Of a stretch of DNA of 64,000 bases, positions 47,765 through 56,569 are shown one piece after another. The stretch covers positions 192,001 through 256,000 of the forward strand of contig CAVQSP010000017.1 of the NCBI GenBank assembly GCA_963715985.1, given 5' to 3'. The position numbers were made by a program, and so were the translations under genes. This DNA is from an uncultured Thermoleophilia bacterium (GTDB taxonomy: Bacteria > Actinomycetota > Thermoleophilia > UBA2241). Each line of letters starts with the position of its first letter. Positions within the stretch are counted from its first letter, which is position 1. The notes beneath the pieces are model-generated. The model was given only the letters and a program-made list of their open reading frames with translations. It did not search any database and was not told where the DNA came from.

Positions 47765-49204
47765 ATGCTCTTCCCGACCATCACCTTCGCCGTCTTCTTC
47801 CTCCTCGTCTACGCGGCGAACTGGCTGCTCATGCCGCGCTTTCGCCTGTGGAAGTGGTTCATCATCGGGGCCAGCTACGTGTTCTACGGGTGGTGGGACT
47901 GGCGCTTCGTGCTGCTGCTCGTGGCGGCGACGTTCGTCAATCAGGTGCTGGCCGTGCAGATCTGGAGGGCGCGCCGGCGGCGGGGTGGAGCCGGGGCGGC
48001 GAAGCTGTGGCTGACGCTCGCGGTGGTCGCCGACCTCGCGGCGCTCGGCTACTTCAAGTACGTCGACTTCTTCGCCGTGAACCTCGACCACCTGCTCACC
48101 AGCATCGGTCTCGGGGCCCCGCTGCCGCTCCTCAGGGTGCTGCTGCCGGTGGGCATCTCGTTCCTCGTCTTCCGCGTGCTCACCTACGCCGTCGACATCT
48201 ATCGCGGCGAGCTGGCCCCGGCGTCCACCCTCGACTTCGGCGTGTACGTCGCCTTCTTCCCGTACCTGCTTGCCGGCCCGATCGCCAGGGCGCGCGACTT
48301 CCTCCCCCAGCTGCGCGCGCCGCGCGACCCGCACACGGTGGACGCGGGCCGCGCCTTCACCCTCATCCTCGGCGGCCTCGCCAAGAAGATGCTCATCGCG
48401 GACTACCTCTCCACCCACATCGTCAACGGGGTCTTCCTCTCGCCGCAGAGCTACTCGGCCTGGGAGACGGCCTGGGCCATCGCCGCCTACTCCGTGCAGA
48501 TCTACTGCGACTTCAGCGCCTACAGCGACATCGCCATCGGCATCTCACTGTTGCTGGGCTTCGAGCTGCCGGAGAACTTCAACGCGCCGTACACGGCGCG
48601 CACCATCCAGGACTTCTGGCGCCGCTGGCACATCACGCTGTCGAGCTGGCTGCGCGACTACCTGTACATCCCGCTGGGCGGCAACCGCAAAGGCCGCGGC
48701 CGCACGTACATCAATCTGATCGTCACGTTCCTGCTCGGCGGGTTGTGGCACGGCGCCGGCTGGAACTTCATCTTCTGGGGCGGCATGCACGGGGTCGGCC
48801 TCGCCCTGGAGCGGGCGCGCGCCGACGTGCGCCGCGCGCGCGGCATCCCCGAGCCCGGCGCGACCGCCGGCGGTCGCGCCCTGCAGCGGGTCGCCGTGTT
48901 CGTGTTCGTGAGCGTCGCCTGGGTGTTCTTCCGCGCCGACTCCATCGGCGGCGCGTTCGCGGTGCTCTGGCGCCTCATCGCGGGTCTCGGGAGCATCGGG
49001 TCGGCCGTCACCTGGCCCGTCGTCGGCCTTGTCGCCCTCGGCATCGGCATCCAGTACATCCCGCGCCGTCTCATCGAGCGTCTGGAGGGCGGGCTGGCGC
49101 GCATCGGCTGGGTGGGGCAGGGCGCCGTGCTCGCCGCCGCCCTCTTCCTCATCGACACGCTGGGGCCGCAGGGCGCGGCCGAGTTCCTCTACTTCAAGTT
49201 CTGA
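47765..49204 (+). CDS. MBOAT O-acyltransferase (AlgI/PatA-like), copy 2
   Basis: Paralog of 45017 (MLFPTITFAVFF...FLYFKF); DFWRRWHITLS and GLWHGA. Confidence 0.95.
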   Translation: MLFPTITFAVFFLLVYAANWLLMPRFRLWKWFIIGASYVFYGWWDWRFVLLLVAATFVNQVLAVQIWRARRRRGGAGAAKLWLTLAVVADLAALGYFKYVDFFAVNLDHLLTSIGLGAPLPLLRVLLPVGISFLVFRVLTYAVDIYRGELAPASTLDFGVYVAFFPYLLAGPIARARDFLPQLRAPRDPHTVDAGRAFTLILGGLAKKMLIADYLSTHIVNGVFLSPQSYSAWETAWAIAAYSVQIYCDFSAYSDIAIGISLLLGFELPENFNAPYTARTIQDFWRRWHITLSSWLRDYLYIPLGGNRKGRGRTYINLIVTFLLGGLWHGAGWNFIFWGGMHGVGLALERARADVRRARGIPEPGATAGGRALQRVAVFVFVSVAWVFFRADSIGGAFAVLWRLIAGLGSIGSAVTWPVVGLVALGIGIQYIPRRLIERLEGGLARIGWVGQGAVLAAALFLIDTLGPQGAAEFLYFKF

Positions 49205-49224
49205 CACGGAAGCGACCCGGCATC

Positions 49225-50533
49225 GTGCCTGACGACTACGACAACGAGGGAAAGGACCGGCGGCCCTTCTCGGAGGAGCCGGACGACCTTGCTCGTGTGG
49301 AACGACCTGCGGCCGCCGCAGCGGCCGGCCGGGGCGGAGCCGCGCCGGGCGGCCGCGCCGCCGCCGAACGCCTACGAGGACGCGACGCGCGCCTACGGTG
49401 CGCCGCCTGGGGGGGAGCGGCGCACCGCCGATGGCCGCGTCCGGCCCCGCCGGTCGCAGTACGGCAGCGACGACGAGTGGCAGGAGTGGCTGGATCCCGG
49501 CGAGGGCGCGCAGGCCGGCGAGCCGGCCGCGGGCGACGGACCGGGCGGCCCGTTCGGCCCGGACGCGCTCGGGCACGTGCCCGGGCGCGCCGGGCCGAAC
49601 CGCCGCCGCGTCTCCGCCGGCGCCGTCCTCGCCGCCATGCTGCTCGGCTTCTTCGTCGCCGGCCTGCTCGACGCCGCGGCCATCCAGAAGCGCGTGCAGG
49701 GCGAGCAGCTGGGCGCCATGCGCAGCCTGCAGCTCGCCCTGCTCAAGCCGGTGGTCGCGGTGAGCGGCCTCCTGCAGCTCGATCGCCCGGCCGAGGCCCT
49801 CAACGCCGCCCTGGGACGCGGCGAGGAGGTGCACCACACCATCGCCGAGACCAAGCAGAAGCAGCCCAAGTGGCCGCGCGAGATCACGGCGGCCAAACCC
49901 TTGCGCCTGTGGATCATCGGCGACTCCATGGGCCAGGTCTTCGGCTCGTCGCTCAAGAATCTCGCCGAGGACACCGGCCTCATCAAAGCCAAGATGGAGT
50001 ACAAGGTCTCCAGCGGCCTGAGCCGCCCGGACTTCTACGACTGGCCGCAGCACATGATCGACCAGATCGTGGACTGGAACCCCGATGCGACGGCCGTGCT
50101 CTTCGGCGCCAACGACGGCCAGAACTTCTACAGCCACGGCAAGGTGCTCAACGTCGGTACCAAGGCCTGGCAGGTTGAGTACGCGAAGCGCGTCGGCAAG
50201 GCGATGACGATCCTCACCAGGGGAGGGCGGCGCGTCTACTGGGTGGGGCAGCCCATCATGCGAAACTCCATCTACCGCGACAAGACCGCGATGATCGACA
50301 AGATCTATGCGGCCGAGGCGAAGAAGCACCCCGGCGTGCAGTACATCTCCACGTGGATGCTGTTCGCCGACAAGAAGGGATCGTACACCGAGGCCCTGCC
50401 GGGGTCGGGCGGCGAGCTCGTCGTGATGCGGGCGCCGGACGGCATCCACCTCACGCGCGCCGGCGGCGACCGCATGGCCCAGGTGGTGCTGGACGTCATC
50501 GAGAAGGACTGGGGCATCCCGCAGCAGCCGTGA
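49225..50533 (+). CDS. DUF459 / SGNH family protein; probable frameshift near 49290
   Basis: GDS, SSGLSRPD, GAND and DGIH; upstream GTG 49225 frame (PDDYDNEG...) joins if one base is removed. Confidence 0.85.
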
Positions 50534-50581
50534 GCGCCTGCGGTCGGGTCGGCCCGGCTGGAGTACCGGCGGTTTCCCGCC

Positions 50582-51550
50582 TCAGGCCTGAACCTGACCC
50601 TCCTCGTCCACCCAATCGCGCGTGACGACGAGCCAGAAGGCGAGGCCGGCGAAGGGCCCGTAGGGCCGGAACCGCCGGCGGATCGTCGCGTCGGGGACCA
50701 GCCGTCCCGCCCGTTTGCCCGCAAGCTTCGCGTACTTGGGCCGCGACCACGAGTCCAGCACAAGCCGCGAGTGGCGGCCCAGCAGCATCATCACGTGCGC
50801 GGCCGCGTACGGCCCTACGCCCGGGAGCAGCAGCAGGCGCCGCTCGACCTCGTCGTCGGGGAGCTCGGCTGCCGGCGCGAGGTAGAGCTCCTCCAGGTCG
50901 AGGTCACCGCCGGCGACGGCGGCGGCCAGGTCTCGGAGGCGGCCGCCGCGGTACCCGGCGCGGGCCACGTCCCGGTAGAAGTCTTGGCCGGCTTCTGCCA
51001 TCGCGGCGGGCGTGGGGAAGGCGTGGCCGTCCGCCCCGTCCGGCGCCGCCCCCGGCGCCGTCTCGCCCAGGCGGCCCACCAGGGCGCCCACCATCCGTTC
51101 CGTGGCCGACCAGGCGCAGTTGGTGGTGCAGACGGTCTTCACCACGTCCTCGAACACGGACGGTCCCCGCACCATGCGGCCGGCGCCGGCGCAGGCCCAG
51201 GCCAGGGCGGGGTCGTGGGCGGCGCGCGCGTAGAACGCGCTCAGGTCGTCGTCCAGACAGAGCATGCGGCGCAGGGAGGAGGTGAGCGCCGCCACAGCGG
51301 GCGCGCCGAGCGGCGGCCCGCCGTCGACGACGCACACGAGCGCGTGCGGTGCACCGTCTGCCGTCTGCGGCCCGCTCACCCGTACCGTGCGTGCCCCGCC
51401 CGGTGCTGTGAGCGTCACCGTGAGCGTGAGCGCCGCCTCGTCCACGGCTGCCGGTGGCAGAGAGGCGACGCCGTGGGAGAGCAGAGTGCGGCGGAAGTCC
51501 ACAGGTTCGCCCGCGGGGCCGCGCAAGGCCAGCTCGGGGAGCAGGCTCAT
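50582..51550 (-). CDS. HhH-GPD DNA glycosylase (AlkA/OGG-like)
   Basis: FEDVVKTVCTTN, FPTP, GYRG and LPGVGPYAA. Confidence 0.88.
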   Translation of the reverse strand: MSLLPELALRGPAGEPVDFRRTLLSHGVASLPPAAVDEAALTLTVTLTAPGGARTVRVSGPQTADGAPHALVCVVDGGPPLGAPAVAALTSSLRRMLCLDDDLSAFYARAAHDPALAWACAGAGRMVRGPSVFEDVVKTVCTTNCAWSATERMVGALVGRLGETAPGAAPDGADGHAFPTPAAMAEAGQDFYRDVARAGYRGGRLRDLAAAVAGGDLDLEELYLAPAAELPDDEVERRLLLLPGVGPYAAAHVMMLLGRHSRLVLDSWSRPKYAKLAGKRAGRLVPDATIRRRFRPYGPFAGLAFWLVVTRDWVDEEGQVQA

Positions 51551-52482
51551 CCCGCCGCGATGAGGGCGACGCCGGCGAGCGCGGCCACTACGCCGGCCAG
51601 CTGGTGCTTCGCGAGGCGCTCGTGAAGAGCCACGAACGCGAGCAGGACCGTGACCACGGGATACACGGAGCCGAGCACCGCCACGAGGCTGAGGTAGCCC
51701 TGGGTGGTGGCCAGTGCGAACAAGCCGTTGGCGCCGGTGTCCAGCAGGCCCACGGCGACGATGAACGGTAGCGCCGCGCGCGTCATGCGTACTCGTGGGC
51801 GCAGGACCACGAGCAGCACCGCGAACACCGTGGCCGACGACAGGCGGCAGCCGAGCATGGCCCAGAGCGGGTCGTGCTTCGCGGTGGCGTCGTAGCTGAG
51901 CAGCACGAGGCCGATGCACACCGCCGCGAGCAGAGCCAGGGCGATGGAGAGACGCTGGTCGCGGCGCGACGGCCCGCCGGCCCGCTCGCCACCGGCCGCG
52001 GCGCCGCGGACCGCGGCCGGCTCGACGGCGGGCTCGTTGGGCAGCGCCCCCACGCCGATGGTCTCGCCGGCGCGCTCGGACTCGATGGCGGCCAGCACGA
52101 CGCCGGCCGCGGCCAGCGCCACCCCGACCAGCTGGGTCGCCGCGGGTCGTTCGCCGCCGGCGAGCCCTACCACGAACGGCACGAGGGCGCTGGTCGCGGT
52201 GATGGGCGCCACGATGCTCATCGTGCCGATGGACAGCGCCGTGTAGAACGACGAGATGGCGATGACGCTCGCCAGGCCGCCCAGGAGGACGGGCCAGACC
52301 ACGGCCAAACCGGGCCAGCCGTGACCTGTGCCGAGGGTCACGGCCGCGGCTCCGACCAGGCCTACCGCCTGACTGCCGATGATGACCGCCCACAGGCTGG
52401 CGCGCCGGGTGGTGAGCCCGCCCAGGAAGTCGCCGGAACCCCAGCAGACGGACGCACCGAGCGCGAGAGCTATGGCCAGCAT
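51547..52482 (-). CDS. EamA/DMT family transporter
   Basis: About 10 TM helices; [23 protein letters not shown] and LHERL. Confidence 0.92.
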   Translation of the reverse strand: MLAIALALGASVCWGSGDFLGGLTTRRASLWAVIIGSQAVGLVGAAAVTLGTGHGWPGLAVVWPVLLGGLASVIAISSFYTALSIGTMSIVAPITATSALVPFVVGLAGGERPAATQLVGVALAAAGVVLAAIESERAGETIGVGALPNEPAVEPAAVRGAAAGGERAGGPSRRDQRLSIALALLAAVCIGLVLLSYDATAKHDPLWAMLGCRLSSATVFAVLLVVLRPRVRMTRAALPFIVAVGLLDTGANGLFALATTQGYLSLVAVLGSVYPVVTVLLAFVALHERLAKHQLAGVVAALAGVALIAAG

Positions 52483-52553
52483 GCGCTGAGGCTATCACGC
52501 AGGGTGGTAGGCTTGGCAGGCGCGCGGGCTTCTGCCCGCGCGCCTGCCAAGCC

Positions 52554-52913
52554 ATGAGCCCGCCGGTCGACATCCCGGACAGCGACGACGCGCTCCTCGC
52601 GGAGTGCGACGTCGATACGTTCCGCGCCGGCGGCCCCGGTGGGCAGCACCAGAACGTCACCGACAGCGCCGTGCGCCTGCGGCACCGGCCCACCGGACTC
52701 ACGGTCACGTCGCGAGCGCAGCGCAGCCAGTACCTCAACAAGATGGACGCGCTCCGTCGCCTGCGCCTCAAGCTTCGCCGTCTCAACGAGCCGCCGCCCC
52801 CGCCGCGCAGGCCCACGCGGCCGTCGCGCGCGGCCGTGGAGCGGCGCCTCACGCAGAAGCGCGTGCGCGCCTCGGTCAAGCGCCAGCGGCGTCCCCCGGA
52901 GGCCGGGGAGTGA
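52554..52913 (+). CDS. RF-1 domain peptidyl-tRNA hydrolase (ArfB/YaeJ-like ribosome rescue factor)
   Basis: [19 protein letters not shown] and a basic tail. Confidence 0.85.
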   Translation: MSPPVDIPDSDDALLAECDVDTFRAGGPGGQHQNVTDSAVRLRHRPTGLTVTSRAQRSQYLNKMDALRRLRLKLRRLNEPPPPPRRPTRPSRAAVERRLTQKRVRASVKRQRRPPEAGE

Positions 52914-52935
52914 GGAGGCGGTCACGGCCACGCTG

Positions 52936-53733
52936 ATGGGCATCTTCGCCGTGGCCGTCGTCGCAGGTCTCTTCGGCAGCATGCTCGGCGTGGGCGGCGG
53001 CATCATCATGGTGCCGGTGCTCAGCCTGGCCTTCGGGGCGCCCATCAAGGTCGCCATCGCCACCAGCATCGTGTGCGTGATCGCCACGTCCACCATGGCG
53101 CAGACCAGCTTCATCAGCCGGGGGATGACCAACGTCCGCCTGGGGATGCTGCTCGAGGTGGCGACCACGGTGGGCGCCGTGGCCGGCGGCATCACGGCGG
53201 TCCTCATCAGCGGCCGCGTGCTGCAGGGCTGCTTCGCCGTCGTGCTCGTCTACGTGGCGTGGATGATGAACCGGCGCGGCGCGGACGTCGTCCCCCAGCG
53301 CACCGGCGTCCTCGAGGCGCGCTACCACGACCCCGTGGCCGGCGACGTCGTGTACGGGGTCAAGCGGGTGGAGCTCGGCTTCTTCCTGAGCCTGGCGGCC
53401 GGCAACGTGTCCGGGCTGCTCGGGGTGGGCGGAGGCGCCTTCAAGGTGCCCGTCATGAACATGCTGATGGGCATCCCCATCAAGGCAACCATCGCCACCA
53501 GCAACCTCATGATCGGTGTCACCGCCGCGACCGGAGCGGCCATCTTCTACGGTCGCGGGTACATGGACCCGCACTTCGTGGTGCCGGCGGCGCTCGGCAT
53601 CCTCGTCGGCGCCCGCTTCGGCCCGGCCCTTGCCGTGCGGCTCTCCGCCCGCGCCTTGGGCGTCATCTTCCAGGTCGTGCTGCTCGTCTTCGCTGCGCTC
53701 ATGATCCTCCAGGCGGCGGGGGTGACGCTGTGA
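52936..53733 (+). CDS. Sulfite exporter TauE/SafE family protein
   Basis: GSMLGVGGG and SGLLGVGGG, ATS; start approximate. Confidence 0.9.
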   Translation: MGIFAVAVVAGLFGSMLGVGGGIIMVPVLSLAFGAPIKVAIATSIVCVIATSTMAQTSFISRGMTNVRLGMLLEVATTVGAVAGGITAVLISGRVLQGCFAVVLVYVAWMMNRRGADVVPQRTGVLEARYHDPVAGDVVYGVKRVELGFFLSLAAGNVSGLLGVGGGAFKVPVMNMLMGIPIKATIATSNLMIGVTAATGAAIFYGRGYMDPHFVVPAALGILVGARFGPALAVRLSARALGVIFQVVLLVFAALMILQAAGVTL

Positions 53734-54158
53734 GCGGCGGAGCGCCGGGACGAGGGCCGGACGGGCGCCCGCCGGGTCCGGCCCCGGACGTCTCGGGCGA
53801 GGCTTCGCTCCCGGCCGAGCACCACATGGACCCGATCGAGCGGACGATCCATCGCGTGCTGCAGACGGGCATCGCCGTGAGCGTCGTCCTGCTGGCCATA
53901 GGGCTCCTGCTCGACGCGGCGCGCGGTGAGGGCCTCTCGACCAGCGTCGTCCCCGCCGCCGAGCTCCCGGCCGCGCTGGCGAGCCTCGACCCTGCCGCCT
54001 TCCTCTCGCTGGGCCTCATCGTTCTGATCGCGACGCCCTTCGTGCGCGTGGGCGGCTCCATCGTGACGTTCGCGCGCCAGCATGACCGGCGTTACGTGGC
54101 GATCACGTCGATCGTGCTCGCGGTGATGCTGCTCAGCGTGCTGGTCGGCCGCGCCTGA
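53730..54158 (+). CDS. DUF1634 family membrane protein
   Basis: GLIVLIATPFVRV...DRRY; GTGA overlap with tauE. Confidence 0.88.
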   Translation: MSGGAPGRGPDGRPPGPAPDVSGEASLPAEHHMDPIERTIHRVLQTGIAVSVVLLAIGLLLDAARGEGLSTSVVPAAELPAALASLDPAAFLSLGLIVLIATPFVRVGGSIVTFARQHDRRYVAITSIVLAVMLLSVLVGRA

Positions 54159-54194
54159 GGGCCGCGGCGGCCCGGTCGCCGGGCGGCGCCGGGC

Positions 54195-55454
54195 TCAGAG
54201 CGCGCAGGAGGGGCCGGCGTCGACGCCCCTCACGGCGGCCGAGGCCCGCCGTCCGGACACCATCGCGCCCTGGATCGACGCCGTGTCCCGGTGGTCGCCG
54301 CACACGAAGAGCCCGTCTCGCAGCCTCACGGGCCGCTCCGCGGTGGGGAAGGCCTCCGGCGTCTGCGCCGGCAGCGCGAACGGGATGCGGTACACGGCGA
54401 GCCGGCGCCAGCCCGTTACCTGCGCCCCGAACCAGGCGCGCAGCTGGCCGCGCACGGCGGCGTCCAGCGCCTCGTCGTCGAGCGCCGGGATGCCGAGGAT
54501 GCTGGCCGAGACCAGGGCGCCGCCGGGCGGCGCGTAGCTCGGGGCCACGTCGCTGGGCACGCAGAGCGTGTTGACAGGCCCCGTGGTCTCGCCGTTGAGC
54601 ACGAGCACCGGCTCGCCCACCGGGGAGCGCTCCGCGGCGTAGTACACACAGGTGGTGGCCCGGGCACCCGGCGCCTCGAGGGCGCCGGTCAGCCGGGCCG
54701 CCTCCTGCCCGTCCGTGGCCACGACCACGGCGCCGGCGTCCAGGCGCTCGCCACCGGCCAGCGTCACGCCGGTGCTCGCGACGGACTCCGCCGTGCACCG
54801 CAGGCGCACGGCTGAGTCCGGCAGGCGCTCCGCCAGTTGCCGTGGGACGGCCTGCATCCCGGCCGCCGGCAGTGCGGCCACGCCCTCCGCGAACATCTTG
54901 AAGACGAAGGCGAAGAGGCGGCTCGACGTCTGCAGGGCCGGGTCCAGGAAGATGCCGCCCAGGTACGGCCTGAAGAACTGCTCGACCATGCCGGCGGAGA
55001 AGCCCTCCGTGCGCAGGGCCTCGCGCGTCGACAGCTGCGGTGCGTCGAGCACTTCGTTGAGCGACAGGCGCAGCAGCCGGCGCCGCAGGCGCGCGACGCG
55101 CAGCTTGTCGGCGAGCGTCCCGGGACCCTGTCCCAGCGAGCGCGCCGCGTCCAGCGGGTGGCGCGTGGGGTCGGCGAAGCGGGTCACGTGGCCCTCGCGC
55201 CACACGAGCGCTCCGGCGTAGAACGGCCGCAGCCCCAGGCGTTCGTAGTCGAGCACGCGCCGCGCCTCCGGGTAGGCTGTCGGGAGCACCTGGAAGCCGC
55301 GGTCCAGCTGGAATCCCTCGACGACGTCGGTGCGGATCCTGCCGCCGGGCGCGTCGGCGCGCTCGAGCACCACCACGTCGGCGCCGTGGCGGTGGAGGTC
55401 GGCGGCGCAGCTCAGTCCGGCGACGCCGCCGCCGACGACAACGACGTCCGGCAT
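54195..55454 (-). CDS. FAD-dependent oxidoreductase (amine oxidase/phytoene desaturase-like)
   Basis: GGGVAGL, GGRIRTD..GF.LDRGFQV and CGDH...SIQGAM.SG. Confidence 0.9.
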   Translation of the reverse strand: MPDVVVVGGGVAGLSCAADLHRHGADVVVLERADAPGGRIRTDVVEGFQLDRGFQVLPTAYPEARRVLDYERLGLRPFYAGALVWREGHVTRFADPTRHPLDAARSLGQGPGTLADKLRVARLRRRLLRLSLNEVLDAPQLSTREALRTEGFSAGMVEQFFRPYLGGIFLDPALQTSSRLFAFVFKMFAEGVAALPAAGMQAVPRQLAERLPDSAVRLRCTAESVASTGVTLAGGERLDAGAVVVATDGQEAARLTGALEAPGARATTCVYYAAERSPVGEPVLVLNGETTGPVNTLCVPSDVAPSYAPPGGALVSASILGIPALDDEALDAAVRGQLRAWFGAQVTGWRRLAVYRIPFALPAQTPEAFPTAERPVRLRDGLFVCGDHRDTASIQGAMVSGRRASAAVRGVDAGPSCAL

Positions 55455-55455
55455 G

Positions 55456-55950
55456 TCACACCGCGTCCGGGTCGCCGGGCTCAGGCTGCGCGGCGCCCGG
55501 CACCACCCGGTCCCAATACTCGGCCAGGCGCGCCAGGTCCGCGTCGTCGAAGTGGTGCAGGAAGAGGCGGCGCACGCCCGCGAGGTGGGTGGGGCGCGCC
55601 TCGCCGAGCTTGTCCCGGCCGGCCGCGGTGAGCACCGCCCAGTACCCTCGCCCGTCCTCCGAGCAGCGCTCCCGCCGCACCAGTCCATCACGCTCCATGC
55701 GATCGACCAGGCGGCTGACGCCGCTGGCGCTGAGCAGCACGGAGCGGCAGAGGTCGCTCATACGCAGGCGGTGCCTCCCGGCGTCGCCGAGGTGGAGCAG
55801 GACTTCATAGGAGCGCAGCCCGATGCCGTGCGCCGCGGTGAGGTCGGCGTCCATGGCCCGCAGCAGCGAGGCGTGGACGCGCAGCATGCCTCTCCACGCT
55901 GCGAGCTCCCGGGTCGTGAGTGTCGTCGTGCGGTGTGCCGAGTCCGTCAT
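55456..55950 (-). CDS. MarR family transcriptional regulator
   Basis: YEVLLHL...LRMSDL...SGVSRLVDRMERDGLV...DGRG. Confidence 0.93.
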   Translation of the reverse strand: MTDSAHRTTTLTTRELAAWRGMLRVHASLLRAMDADLTAAHGIGLRSYEVLLHLGDAGRHRLRMSDLCRSVLLSASGVSRLVDRMERDGLVRRERCSEDGRGYWAVLTAAGRDKLGEARPTHLAGVRRLFLHHFDDADLARLAEYWDRVVPGAAQPEPGDPDAV

Positions 55951-55961
55951 GTCCCTCGATT

Positions 55962-55977
55962 CCTTGAACGGTCAAGG
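55962..55977. promoter_or_regulatory. Palindromic MarR autoregulatory operator candidate
   Basis: CCTTGA-ACGG-TCAAGG, just upstream of the marR start at 55950. Confidence 0.65.
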
Positions 55978-56160
55978 GAAGTATACCTTGCCCGGCGGGC
56001 ACCCTCGCGCTTCATGCAACGTCGTGGGTGCGCGGGTAGAGTGCTCCGCGGCAGAGGCCCGGCCGGCGAGACGGGCTCTCCCGGTCCACCAGGGCCGGCG
56101 TGTGTTTGCCCCGGGGAACCTGGTCCATGGACCGCACTCGACGTCGGACGGAGGTCCGCG

Positions 56161-56523
56161 ATGGCTGACCCGAACTCATCTGCCTGGCACCGGCGTGAAC
56201 GCAGCCGCGACCTCACGGGCCTGGGCTGGCTGGAGGCGGACGTCCTCCGTGTGGTCTGGGACCGGGGAGAGGTCACCGTGCGCGACGTCTACGAGGACCT
56301 GCGCGAGCAGCGCCGCATCGCGTACACCACGGTGATGAGCGTGCTCCGCAACCTGGCCGCCAAAGGCCTTCTCGAGCAGGACCGGTCGCAGGCCGCCTAC
56401 GTCTACCGGCCGCGCGTCACCGACGAAGAGGTCGCGCGGGGCATCCTCGACGCCCTCGTGGACAAGATCATGGGCGGGCGTCGCCAGCCGCTCATCGACT
56501 ACCTGCAGCACCCGCCGCAGTGA
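56161..56523 (+). CDS. BlaI/MecI/CopY family regulator
   Basis: LEADVLRVVW...TVRDV...AYTTVMSVL.NL..KG; GGAGGT RBS. Confidence 0.92.
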   Translation: MADPNSSAWHRRERSRDLTGLGWLEADVLRVVWDRGEVTVRDVYEDLREQRRIAYTTVMSVLRNLAAKGLLEQDRSQAAYVYRPRVTDEEVARGILDALVDKIMGGRRQPLIDYLQHPPQ

Positions 56524-56557
56524 GCGCGGGCGGGCGACCTGGTCGCCCGCCCGCGCT
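56523..56557. terminator. Perfect inverted repeat between convergent genes
   Basis: AGCGCGGGCGGGCGACC-T-GGTCGCCCGCCCGCGCT. Confidence 0.7.
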
Positions 56558-56569
56558 GCGTGCCTCGTT

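Noticed and set aside
50582-52879. 765-aa ORF as a fusion protein
   Set aside because: Only the part from ATG 51550 is the glycosylase; the upstream part is a shadow of the EamA and RF-like genes
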